Assembly (NCBI GenBank): GCA_965207455.1
Contig: CBDBMJ010000001.1
Location: forward strand, 1,504,001 to 1,568,000
DNA length: 64,000 nucleotides
Reading direction: 5' to 3'
Source: Bdellovibrionota bacterium
GTDB lineage: Bacteria > Bdellovibrionota > UBA1018 > CAIPTA01 > JAALKR01
In this document: positions 19,816 through 29,175 of the stretch, in pieces
Numbering within the stretch: position 1 is the stretch's first letter
Layout: each line of letters opens with the position of its first letter
Made by a program: the position numbers and the translations under genes
The notes under the pieces: model-generated
What the model was told of the DNA's origin: nothing
Seen by the model: only the letters and a program-made list of their open reading frames with translations
The model's database searches: none

Positions 19816-20384
19816 AGTACAAGGGCGGTCAAAAGACTAAGTTACCAATCTTCAGGTCAATATAGGAAGTCTTTCTGCTTTTGACGACGTGAGCGTTGTC
19901 TATATGAGTGTTGCTGTAAAGGTAATCCCCAGGCTATACTTGGGAACCTACCTAGAACATTTTGAAGATGATTACAGCATCAAAGCAAATCTTTTTGATG
20001 ACGATTTTTATAATGAACGTATTGAAGGAATAAACTTCGGTGCCTCTGCTTGGTATGAAAAAGAAAGGTGGTTTCTTATGGCAACTATTGCTCCCTTTGG
20101 ACGTAGTAAACTTAAGAATAGGCGACCCAATACTGTTGGTAAGCCAAATGATGTTACGAAACCTGTCCTTTGGTCTATTACTATGGGGTATTTAGCTATG
20201 CCGAAAATCCACCTTAATCTCCTCTTCTCCTTTTTTTCCAGAGAATACCGCGATGATATAGCAAATTACTATAGAAATAGATCCCCTGCTATTGGAATTG
20301 CTTTTAAGTTCAATCTCTAATCTGTACCTGAATATCTTTTTTTCTCTATTTTCGTGTTACACTAAATGTATCAAGGAGGTTGTT

Positions 20385-20999
20385 ATGATAAAAAGAAATA
20401 CCAATTTTTTGTTTCCACTATTATTGGTCCTGTGCATGTTGATACTGCCAAATGATGCCATCGGCAAGAAAACGAAGAAAAGCAAGGCTAAGACCAGCTC
20501 TGGATTTCTGGTTTTAGGGTATAACTTTGGTATTGGAGTCCATTTCACTGGTAATTACTATCTTCAAGGTGGTATAAAGGTTCTTCCTAGGCTGTATGTG
20601 GGGGTTCATCTAGAAACTTTTGAACAAACCTCTCCTTTTCTCACTGGATTTTCCCATGGCTTTGGCCAGTTTTTTGGCGATGAGCCTGGCGAAGCTCCCG
20701 ATAACTTTTCTACTAACGGGCTAAACTTTGGTGTTTCCACTTTATATGAGCTAGGAGATTGGTTTTTTGTAGGTACTCTTCTTCCTATTGGAAGCAGTGA
20801 ATTCACAGATGAACAACTCGGCGGAAATAGTCCCGGCACACCTTTCCTTTGGTCTCTTGGGGTAGGATACTTGCTCATAGAAAAAATTAATTTTGGCTTT
20901 ACTCTTTCTTATTTCTACAGAACGTATGGAGATGACCCAAACGGAACTCTTGACGCTGAATCTGTTGCCTTAGGACTTGCTTTTAAGTTCGGTCTTTAG
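20385..20999 (+). CDS. Small outer-membrane beta-barrel protein, array copy 6
   Basis: Same upstream region and signal peptide as copy 2, NFGVSTLYE..WFFVGT, ends FKFGL. Confidence 0.75.
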   Translation: MIKRNTNFLFPLLLVLCMLILPNDAIGKKTKKSKAKTSSGFLVLGYNFGIGVHFTGNYYLQGGIKVLPRLYVGVHLETFEQTSPFLTGFSHGFGQFFGDEPGEAPDNFSTNGLNFGVSTLYELGDWFFVGTLLPIGSSEFTDEQLGGNSPGTPFLWSLGVGYLLIEKINFGFTLSYFYRTYGDDPNGTLDAESVALGLAFKFGL

Positions 21000-21006
21000 C
21001 GTTTTA

Positions 21007-23727
21007 CTAACTGAGCTCTGTTAGAGCCTCTCGTAAGGAATCTAATTGTACCTGAACGTCCTTTTTTCTCTGTTTTTCTTGCTCCACTAGTTCTGGCTTA
21101 GCTCGAGTTGTAAAGTTTTTATTATTCAAGCGGTTAGTGATAAATAATAAATCTTTTTCCATTTTTTTAATTTTATTTCCAAGACGACCCATCTCTGCCT
21201 TGCTATCCACTAGGCCCTCTAGAGGAATTACAAAGTTAAACTCCCCTATGGATAGCTTACTAAAGGAACCATCTTTAGGCTCCTTTTTATTTAAATGCAC
21301 CTCACTTAGCTTCGCTAAGGAGCAAACTTTTTGGGAAATTCTATCCCAATCTTTCTCTCTAGATGTTTGTAATAAAACGGAAATGGCTGTTTTAGGAGAG
21401 ATTTTATTTTCTGTACGAAAGCTTCGTATACCCTCCACGATTTTTTTTAATTCCTCCATACTGTGCGCCTCTTGGTCAGAAAGCCCAAGCGCGGTGTCTA
21501 TCGTTTGGGGCGAAGATTCCAATATCAGTCTTTTCTTTTTTAATCCGTTCATTTCTAACGAATGGGGCAAATAACTGTAAATCTCTTCTGTTATAAACGG
21601 TGCCATGGGATGCAAAAGCTTTACAATGGAAGACAGCACATAGTGTAAAACCTTTTGGTTTGTTTTGTCTTTTAAGTCTTGGAGTTTGGATAACTCCAAG
21701 TACCAATCACAAAACTCATACCAAGTAAATTGATAAATAGATTGGAACGCTTGATCCACTCGATAGCTACTAAGATGGTGATCCACTTGACCAACCACTT
21801 TGTTTAAGGAAATAAGAATCCAATGAGCCTCCATGGTTAAGCCCTTTATTTCTTCTTTCGTCCAAGGAATTTCAAAATACGATGCATTTTCCTTTTCCAT
21901 AAAAGGCAGGGAGAATCTACTAGCGTTCCATAGCTTGTTTAAAAAACCCCGGTAGCCCTCTAAGCGCTTTTTATTAAAATTCACACTCTTGCCACCACCT
22001 GAAAGTACTAGGAGAGTAATACGGAGAGCGTCTGCCCCGTGCTCCTCAATAATGTCCATGGGATCGATTACATTTCCCTTAGTCTTGGACATTTTCTCAC
22101 CCTTATCGTCTCGAACCATGGCATGTAAATAAATATCTTCAAACGGCAAGCGACCTTTCATAAAATACAGGCACATCATCAACATTCTTGCTACCCAAAA
22201 GAAAAGAATGTCTGATCCTGTTTCCATCAACGCCTGCACTTGATGCCCCTGCTTTCGAACATGGGAAAGGTGGGCTTGTGGATAAAAATCCACTAAATCT
22301 TTTGCTTCCTCGTCGGGCCAACCTAAAGTAGTAATGGGCCAAAGGCCGGAACTGTACCAAGTATCCAGCACGTCCTTGTCTCTTTCTATGGCGGTAGAAG
22401 CACAACCACCACATTTTGAGGGGTCGGGATCTTTTATAGAAGCGGGAACTGTAATAAAATCACAATCCTCACAATACCATGCAGGAATCTGATGCCCCCA
22501 CCAAAGCTGACGGGAAATACACCAATCCTGAATATTATCCAACCACCCAAAATATGTTTTGCGCCAAAATTCTGGAAAGAAACGAAGGGAAGGCTCCTTC
22601 CCATCCTCTCCTCTTGCAGCTAAAAGCGCTTCCTGTGCCAAAGGTTTCATTTTTACAAACCACTGGGTGGATACCAGCGGCTCCACAATCACACCACTGC
22701 GCTGGCAATGGCCCACATCATGTTGATGGGGTTCTTGCTTCAATAAAAAGCCTCCCAGCTTTTTCACCGTTTCCTTTCGACCCTCTAGAACACTAAGTCC
22801 CTTAAGGCTGCCAGCCAAATCAGTCAAGGTTCCATCATAAGAAATGGTGGATAGAATTTCCAAATTATGCCTTTTCCCAATTTCCCAGTCGTTGTGGTCA
22901 TGGCCCGGGGTAATTTTCAAGGCTCCTGTGCCAAACTCCATATCCACATGCTCATCTAAAATCACGGGAATTTCACGGTTCGATAGCGGAAGGACAACCT
23001 TCCTGCCATGGAATTTTTTATAGCGATTATCCTCTGGATGCACAGCCACTGCCACATCTGCAAACATGGTCTCTGGACGAGTGGTGGCTACTGTTAAAAA
23101 ATCTTTGGGAGAACCTGCCAAGCCGTACTTGATATAATACAAAGACCCGTCAACAGACCGAAATTCCACCTCCAGATCGGAAACGGCTGTGTTGAGACCC
23201 GCACTCCAGTTTACAAGGCGCTTTCCTCGATAGATTAAGCCATCATGGTAAAGACGGATAAAGGACTCCAGTACAGAACGATAACTCCCTTCATCCAATG
23301 TAAAACGCTCTCGACTCCAATCACACGATGATCCAAGGGAGCGCAATTGGTTTTGGATCACACCACCATGCTCTTTCGTCCATCTCCACGCCTCTTCTAA
23401 AAATTTCTCTCTTCCTTCTTTTAATCGGGAACGCCCCTCTTTTTCTAATTTGCGATCCACCATAAGCTGGGTGGCAATACCCGCATGATCCGTGCCCGGC
23501 ACCCAAAGCGTACGAAACCCCTTCATTCTTTTCCAGCGCACATAGGTGTCCTCTATGGCAGCAAATAGGGCATGCCCCTGGTGGAGCACTCCTGTTACAT
23601 TGGGTGGAGGCATGGTTACAAGATAGGTTGGCTTAGTACGATCCCCATGGGGCTGGAAACACTTCTCCTCTTCCCATTCCTTATAAATCCTCGATTCAAA
23701 TTTTTTTGGTTGGTAGGTTTTTTCCAT
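21007..23727 (-). CDS. valS: Valine--tRNA ligase
   Basis: PPPNVTGVLHQGH, DWCISRQLWWGH, KMSKTKGN. Confidence 0.98.
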   Translation of the reverse strand: MEKTYQPKKFESRIYKEWEEEKCFQPHGDRTKPTYLVTMPPPNVTGVLHQGHALFAAIEDTYVRWKRMKGFRTLWVPGTDHAGIATQLMVDRKLEKEGRSRLKEGREKFLEEAWRWTKEHGGVIQNQLRSLGSSCDWSRERFTLDEGSYRSVLESFIRLYHDGLIYRGKRLVNWSAGLNTAVSDLEVEFRSVDGSLYYIKYGLAGSPKDFLTVATTRPETMFADVAVAVHPEDNRYKKFHGRKVVLPLSNREIPVILDEHVDMEFGTGALKITPGHDHNDWEIGKRHNLEILSTISYDGTLTDLAGSLKGLSVLEGRKETVKKLGGFLLKQEPHQHDVGHCQRSGVIVEPLVSTQWFVKMKPLAQEALLAARGEDGKEPSLRFFPEFWRKTYFGWLDNIQDWCISRQLWWGHQIPAWYCEDCDFITVPASIKDPDPSKCGGCASTAIERDKDVLDTWYSSGLWPITTLGWPDEEAKDLVDFYPQAHLSHVRKQGHQVQALMETGSDILFFWVARMLMMCLYFMKGRLPFEDIYLHAMVRDDKGEKMSKTKGNVIDPMDIIEEHGADALRITLLVLSGGGKSVNFNKKRLEGYRGFLNKLWNASRFSLPFMEKENASYFEIPWTKEEIKGLTMEAHWILISLNKVVGQVDHHLSSYRVDQAFQSIYQFTWYEFCDWYLELSKLQDLKDKTNQKVLHYVLSSIVKLLHPMAPFITEEIYSYLPHSLEMNGLKKKRLILESSPQTIDTALGLSDQEAHSMEELKKIVEGIRSFRTENKISPKTAISVLLQTSREKDWDRISQKVCSLAKLSEVHLNKKEPKDGSFSKLSIGEFNFVIPLEGLVDSKAEMGRLGNKIKKMEKDLLFITNRLNNKNFTTRAKPELVEQEKQRKKDVQVQLDSLREALTELS

Positions 23728-23736
23728 TACTTATTA

Positions 23737-23967
23737 TTACATCACAAAATGGCGAATTAAATTAAATATTGGTTTTAAATCCCTATAACCTTCATAATAA
23801 ATATACACTCCCACAAAGAATAAGAGGAAAAGGCAGGCAAAATAATAAAAAGACATGCTTTTTACAAAACCTTTGGTTCTAGATCGATTACCCAGTTCAA
23901 AAAAAATGAAGGCTAGGGGGAGGGCCCAAAAAGGATATACGCTAATAATTAAATAAGCGTAGCTCAC
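23737..23967 (-). CDS. Small two-TM membrane protein
   Basis: Fits exactly between metK and valS; two hydrophobic segments. Confidence 0.65.
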   Translation of the reverse strand: MSYAYLIISVYPFWALPLAFIFFELGNRSRTKGFVKSMSFYYFACLFLLFFVGVYIYYEGYRDLKPIFNLIRHFVM

Positions 23968-25131
23968 CTACACTCCGCAAAGTTCCTTTAATTTCTCCAC
24001 ACTGTCCGTCTCTTCCCAAGTAAACGCATCTCCTCTTCTACCAAAGTGACCATACACCGATGTTTGGGCATAGACAGGCCGTAACAAGCGCAGCTTCTCA
24101 ATTAACCGAGATGGCTGAAAGGGAAATAACTCACGAGCCGCAGTGAAAATTTTCTCCAAGTCGATCTTTTCCGTCCCAAAACAATCCACCATAAAGCTCA
24201 CAGGTTTTGCCACACCAATGGCATAACCCACCTGTAGTAAACAACGATCTGCAAGCCCAGCAGCCACAATATTTTTTGCGGCATAACGGGCCATATAACA
24301 AGCAGAGCGATCCACCTTGGAAGGATCCTTGCCCGAAAAAGCACCTCCACCGTGAGAACCGTGCCCACCGTAGGTGTCTGCAATAATTTTTCGACCTGTC
24401 AAACCACAGTCGCCCTGAGGGCCGCCAATTACAAAACGCCCCGTAGGATTAATATAAATTTTTGTATTATTGTCCATCAATGTGGAAGAAACGATCTTGG
24501 AAATAACTTCAGTGCGAATGCCCTCTTCTAGGGAAGACATGGTTACATTTTCATCGTGCTGTGAACTAATAACAACTGTATCCACACGGGTGGCCTTTCC
24601 ATTTTTATACTCCATGGTCACTTGGGTTTTTCCGTCGGGACGAAGAAAACCTAAGGTGCCATCTTTACGAACCTCAGTTAAGCGCTGGGATAATTGGTGC
24701 GATAGCGCGATGGAGTAGGGCATATATTCTTCTGTTTCATTGATCGCATAGCCAAACATCATCCCCTGGTCTCCCGCACCCTGGTCTCTATTGGCAGCCA
24801 CGTCTACCCCTCGGGCAATGTCCGGGGATTGCTTTCCCAGCCCCACTAATACGGAGCAAGTTTTATGACAAAAACCCTTGGAGGAATCGTTGTAGCCTAT
24901 TTTTGCCACCGTATTGCGTGCAATCTGCTGAAAGTCCACCGTCGCCTTGCTCGTTACTTCCCCTGCAATTACAATGAGTCCTGTTGTGACCAAGGTCTCA
25001 CAGGCCACATGGCTCTGAGGATCCTTGTCGAGAAAAGCGTCTAAAACAGCGTCGCTAATCTGGTCGCAGATTTTATCCGGGTGTCCCTCGTTTACCGACT
25101 CCGACGTAAATAAATAATCCTTAAGACCCAT
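23968..25131 (-). CDS. metK: S-adenosylmethionine synthetase
   Basis: [28 protein letters not shown]. Confidence 0.98.
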   Translation of the reverse strand: MGLKDYLFTSESVNEGHPDKICDQISDAVLDAFLDKDPQSHVACETLVTTGLIVIAGEVTSKATVDFQQIARNTVAKIGYNDSSKGFCHKTCSVLVGLGKQSPDIARGVDVAANRDQGAGDQGMMFGYAINETEEYMPYSIALSHQLSQRLTEVRKDGTLGFLRPDGKTQVTMEYKNGKATRVDTVVISSQHDENVTMSSLEEGIRTEVISKIVSSTLMDNNTKIYINPTGRFVIGGPQGDCGLTGRKIIADTYGGHGSHGGGAFSGKDPSKVDRSACYMARYAAKNIVAAGLADRCLLQVGYAIGVAKPVSFMVDCFGTEKIDLEKIFTAARELFPFQPSRLIEKLRLLRPVYAQTSVYGHFGRRGDAFTWEETDSVEKLKELCGV

Positions 25132-25187
25132 ACATATCTCCTTGTCTCCCCAAAATAGGAAGAAACCTTACCGGGGTGGTTTTATTA

Positions 25188-25322
25188 TTAAACCGTTTTA
25201 GGGGGATGGATTGCAAATTTCGGTGTGCTCCCCTTAGCCCGCAGGAGCTTTTTTCTTGCCACTCCGCGTTTAGCCCGTTTTTTATTTCGTCGCATTTCTG
25301 TCTGTTTTGCTGGTGATGCCAT
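25188..25322 (-). CDS. Small basic protein, 44 aa (MASPAKQTEMRRNKKRAKRGVARKKLLRAKGSTPKFAIHPPKTV)
   Basis: Below the ORF-track length cutoff; purine-rich RBS AGAGAGGA before ATG; fills the gap upstream of metK. Confidence 0.65.
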   Translation of the reverse strand: MASPAKQTEMRRNKKRAKRGVARKKLLRAKGSTPKFAIHPPKTV

Positions 25323-25454
25323 AATGTCCTCTCTCTCTATTTCAACACTTATAGGTATACTATTTACTCCAATAAATCAACCGAAACAAGAAATTCGTAC
25401 ACAAAGGCCTTTCTTTTGGAAACTTGGAACGGATTTTGCTTAGAGAAGGGGAAG

Positions 25455-26813
25455 ATGTGGATAAAAGTGTGGATATGGAGGGGATTTTTAATGGGCGTTT
25501 TGGCGTGCGGCGGGTTATACCACCCGGAGGCACTCACTCGTACCATTACAAAATCCTCACCCATAATCCTTGCCCTAGGAGAGCAGTTCAGCCTTAAAGT
25601 AAGCCCAGGAACTCGATTTAGCGTGGGAAATCCAGAGGTGCTCAAAGTACGCAGCCTACGGTCCCCTCCCAAGGGAAAACCCATGCTACTTGTTCGAGCG
25701 AAGCGCCAAGGCTATTCGGACCTCATTATCATAGATGGAGATAAGGAAAAGCGACTACGTTTTCGAGTCTATTCAAAAAAACGGGGTTCTTTTTTTCGAG
25801 ATGCCCGCGCCTCCCTACAAAAAATCAAGGGATTGGAAATACTACCCCAAGGGGATCAGTGGATCGTTCGAGGAGAGTCGAAAAATATTAAAGACTATAA
25901 TCTCCTGAACGCATTTATTGAAAATAGCAAGCAAAAGGTATTTAGCCTTGCTCGCCTCCACCAAGATGCACGCCTCCTAGCCGAGGAAAAAATACGACAA
26001 CGCTTCCGAAACGCAGGACTTTCCCATATCTCTGTGCACGGAGCTGGCTCAAAAATCTGGCTTACAGGCAAAGCCTACTCCGAAAAAGAAAAAGTCCTCG
26101 CCTTAGCGCTTGCTCAAGAAATCTTTGGCCCTACCCTCTCCTATGTGGAAACCCCCTTTCCCACCAAGAGTGTTCTGAAATTTAAGATACATATTCTAGA
26201 ACTCATCCACCGCAGTGGTGGGCGTGTGGGCCTGGATTGGAATACTGTTATTCCAGGCATTCTACAAATTCATAACAAACTCATACAAGGGAATTTTTCC
26301 ATAGAAACAAGCCTCAACCTTTTGGCTCGACGTGGACTCACCCGAATCCTCTCCAAACCAGAAATTTCTGTAAACTCCAGGGGCATCGCTCGCCTCCACG
26401 TGGGTGGAGAAATTCCCATCATCCTTAAAACAGAAAATAGTCGACGAGTTTCTTGGAAACGCCACGGACTGCATTTGAAGTTGGAAATCCAAGGTGCCAA
26501 CAGAGACACCGTACGCACAAAACTTCAAGTAAGCATTAGCCTTTTAGATTTTGCCAACTCCATAGAGGAAATCCCCGGCATCAAGGAAAATAAAATGGAA
26601 ACAATCGTGGACCTAAAAAAAGGAGAAACTTTTTTCCTATCCGGACTCCTACAAAATGAAAAAATTGATTTAGAAAAATCCCTTCCCATACTAGGAGACA
26701 TTCCCATACTGGGCGCCCTCTTCCGTTCCAAAGATTTCCAAGAACGACGATCGGAACTCATTATTGCCATCACAGCCAAGGACTATACCCATGCCAAAAG
26801 CCTCAGTCCATAG
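25455..26813 (+). CDS. cpaC: Flp/Tad pilus secretin (CpaC/RcpA-like)
   Basis: CpaC-type N-terminus (VGNPEVLKV..LLVRAKRQGYSDL), LSKP, GGEIP, LPILGDIPILGALFRS..FQ..RSEL. Confidence 0.85.
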   Translation: MWIKVWIWRGFLMGVLACGGLYHPEALTRTITKSSPIILALGEQFSLKVSPGTRFSVGNPEVLKVRSLRSPPKGKPMLLVRAKRQGYSDLIIIDGDKEKRLRFRVYSKKRGSFFRDARASLQKIKGLEILPQGDQWIVRGESKNIKDYNLLNAFIENSKQKVFSLARLHQDARLLAEEKIRQRFRNAGLSHISVHGAGSKIWLTGKAYSEKEKVLALALAQEIFGPTLSYVETPFPTKSVLKFKIHILELIHRSGGRVGLDWNTVIPGILQIHNKLIQGNFSIETSLNLLARRGLTRILSKPEISVNSRGIARLHVGGEIPIILKTENSRRVSWKRHGLHLKLEIQGANRDTVRTKLQVSISLLDFANSIEEIPGIKENKMETIVDLKKGETFFLSGLLQNEKIDLEKSLPILGDIPILGALFRSKDFQERRSELIIAITAKDYTHAKSLSP

Positions 26814-27726
26814 TCAAATCCATGAATTACTCCAGGAAAAAGCCGTGCGGGAAATTTTAGTTAACGGACACAAGGATGTTTGGGTGGAACGAGAAGATGG
26901 CTTAGAAAAAATAGATTCGGAAATATCCTCAGAGATGGAACTACAACAGTTTGTGAGGAGCCTCCTAAGCCCCATGGGAAGAAAAATTGATTTTAAAAGC
27001 CCTTATGTGGATGCACGCCTTTCCAATGGTTCCCGCCTATGCGCCATCATCCCTCCAGCCACCCTCGGTGGCACCCACCTTAGTATTCGTAAATTCAATA
27101 CTAATTTAAATTCCTTGGAGGAGCTCCATAAAAATAAAACCGTCAATGAAAAAGCCCTACGCATTATCCACGAAGCCATAGAAAATAAAAAAAATATACT
27201 GATCTCTGGCGCCAGCAGCACAGGAAAAACCACTCTCCTTAATGCCATTGCTGCCAAAATTTCTCCCAAGGAAAGGATCATTACCCTAGAGGATACAGCA
27301 GAACTATCCATTGCCCATCCCCACGTTGTGCGCCTAGAGAGTCGACCCCCAAATTCCGAGGGAGAGGGAGAAATTACCCTAAGGGATTTATTGCAAACGG
27401 CCCTACGAATGCGCCCCGATAGGTTAATCATTGGAGAGTGCAGGGGAAAAGAAGCTCTGGACCTACTACTTGCCCTAAACACGGGTCACAACGGATCCAT
27501 GGCCACCATACATAGCAATTCTCCTAGGGATTCCCTAAGACGATTGGAACTACTATGTGGGGTGAGCCAACAATATATTTCCCCTCAACTCATACAGTCC
27601 TATATTTGCGCATCTATTCACCTACTCATCCATCTCGTCAACGAAAAAACAAACCGACGGATAGAATCCATACAACAAGTCTGCGGCTTGGAAAGCGGCG
27701 TGTTCCTACTAAGGACACTCCTCTAA
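26791..27726 (+). CDS. cpaF: Flp/Tad pilus ATPase (CpaF/TadA)
   Basis: VDARL, SIRKF, GASSTGKTT, EDTAEL, LRMRPDRLIIGECRG, NTGH.GS..TIH. Confidence 0.92.
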   Translation: MPKASVHSQIHELLQEKAVREILVNGHKDVWVEREDGLEKIDSEISSEMELQQFVRSLLSPMGRKIDFKSPYVDARLSNGSRLCAIIPPATLGGTHLSIRKFNTNLNSLEELHKNKTVNEKALRIIHEAIENKKNILISGASSTGKTTLLNAIAAKISPKERIITLEDTAELSIAHPHVVRLESRPPNSEGEGEITLRDLLQTALRMRPDRLIIGECRGKEALDLLLALNTGHNGSMATIHSNSPRDSLRRLELLCGVSQQYISPQLIQSYICASIHLLIHLVNEKTNRRIESIQQVCGLESGVFLLRTLL

Positions 27727-28457
27727 TGAGAAGTTTTATTACAAAAGAAGGAAATATTTGTATTAAAAAAGTACGAAGGCAGATAGGCGCATCCAGAGAA
27801 ATATACAAAAAAAAAGAAAAAATCTGGAAGCACTTAAACCAAATGGGCATTCCTGCTCCGAAAAAATGGGAAGAAAAACAATCCAGCTTTTTTTTCTACA
27901 GCACTTGGGTCCATGGCACTAACTTCCATGAATACACTCGAGTGGTAGAGGACAATAGCTCTTGGATCATACTCCTTTCAGCCATGAAAAAAATTGAAAA
28001 ACTGCACGCAATGGATCCTCCCATACTCCATAGCGATCTATCCTCCAGTAACCTTATTGTCGTAAATAAAAAACAAGGCACCTGGATCGACTGGGAAGAT
28101 GTGGAACACGCCATACTTTCGTACCAACAACCCAAAATAGATTTTCATGGCACACCCGCTTACCTTGCACCCGAGCGAGCCATCTATGGACAAAATACCA
28201 TAGCAGCAGAAGTCTTTGCCCTTGGAGCTATTGCCTTCCGACTAGCTACGAAGAAATCCCTCTTTCCCTGCACCCATCAAGGCATCCTACAAGCAAGAGG
28301 GTTTTCTCCAGCACAGTGGGAAGAAAAAATTCAGTCCATCCCTTTGGAGTATAGAACTCCCATTGCCCATGCCATACACCCTGTGAAATGGCTTCGAACA
28401 AAGTCCGTATCTAACCTAATCTCGGAACTATCCCAATCGATAGTACTCTCACTTTGA
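27726..28457 (+). CDS. Hanks-type Ser/Thr protein kinase
   Basis: LHSDLSSSNL (catalytic loop), IDW, GTPAYLAPE, EVFALG; ATG overlaps the cpaF stop (TAATG). Confidence 0.75.
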   Translation: MRSFITKEGNICIKKVRRQIGASREIYKKKEKIWKHLNQMGIPAPKKWEEKQSSFFFYSTWVHGTNFHEYTRVVEDNSSWIILLSAMKKIEKLHAMDPPILHSDLSSSNLIVVNKKQGTWIDWEDVEHAILSYQQPKIDFHGTPAYLAPERAIYGQNTIAAEVFALGAIAFRLATKKSLFPCTHQGILQARGFSPAQWEEKIQSIPLEYRTPIAHAIHPVKWLRTKSVSNLISELSQSIVLSL

Positions 28458-28473
28458 GTATAGCAAGGACTGC

Positions 28474-29169
28474 CTATATCAGAAGTAAAATGAATATAAG
28501 GAGGGACGATAAATTATCGGAGTTCTTGCAATTGCCAGCATCAATACAGCGAAGCTTTTTTAAAACACCCTCTAGCCCTTCTTCTTTCACAGTCTCATTC
28601 CAATTGTCTCGAAATAATCTTACTAAAGATATGCCTTCAGTTACTGTGTCTAGAATAAGCCATTCGTTAACCCCTTCTCGAAAAATAAGTTGAGCCTTCC
28701 AGGTGAACTCACTTCCAGTAGTGACTTTCATATTCATAAATGCATATCTCCTACCATGAGCTTCCTTACTATCTACTTTTCCATACTCTAACTTAAACCC
28801 ACTCTCCATAAAATTAACAAAAATATTATTCATTTTTCTTTGAAGATAAGAAACCATACGATCCCTATCTTCATCACTTATATCCTTAGAGTCCCATATC
28901 GACGGAGAAAATACTATGCGAGCGATTCCGTGAAAATTTATAGAAGGAGCAATATTATGTTTAAAAACATCACTATAAAATTGAGTTCTCTCTTCTTTTA
29001 AAGCACCTGCCTCTGGCTTCTTAAGCAGTTCAAGCTTCATTCGTGCAACTGACTCCTCTATACGTTCCCGATAATATTCTTCTGCCTCAGTATTTCCAAA
29101 GCTAAGCCCATGGAACCCAAGAAATAAAATTGCCGCTAACATAAGTGTGGTTATTTTTCTGTTCTTCAT
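28474..29169 (-). CDS. MlaC/Ttg2D-like periplasmic protein
   Basis: Signal peptide, INF..IAR.V, WLILDTVTEGISLV..FR. Confidence 0.65.
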   Translation of the reverse strand: MKNRKITTLMLAAILFLGFHGLSFGNTEAEEYYRERIEESVARMKLELLKKPEAGALKEERTQFYSDVFKHNIAPSINFHGIARIVFSPSIWDSKDISDEDRDRMVSYLQRKMNNIFVNFMESGFKLEYGKVDSKEAHGRRYAFMNMKVTTGSEFTWKAQLIFREGVNEWLILDTVTEGISLVRLFRDNWNETVKEEGLEGVLKKLRCIDAGNCKNSDNLSSLLIFILLLI

Positions 29170-29175
29170 TTTTTA

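Larger units (their letters stand above)
17433..19845 (+). mobile_element. IS66-family insertion sequence (2413 bp)
   Basis: Perfect 23-bp terminal IRs GTAACTTAGTCTTTTGACCGCCC, 8-bp target duplication CAATCTTC (17425-17432, 19846-19853), three-ORF layout. Confidence 0.96.
17309..20320 (+). pseudogene. Small outer-membrane beta-barrel protein, array copy 5, interrupted by IS66
   Basis: 5' part 17309-17432 (MIKRNTNFLLPL...ATPNL) rejoins in frame with 19854-20320 (QVNIGSLSAFDDV...FKFNL) once the IS and one 8-bp repeat are removed. Confidence 0.88.

Noticed and set aside
14847..20999. Diversity-generating retroelement or shufflon behind the OMP variation
   Set aside because: No reverse transcriptase, no adenine-specific template/variable repeat pair, no invertase, and all copies are co-oriented
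25132..25190. SAM riboswitch upstream of metK
   Set aside because: Only a short weak hairpin; no SAM-I/II consensus recognisable, and the space is largely taken by the small ORF
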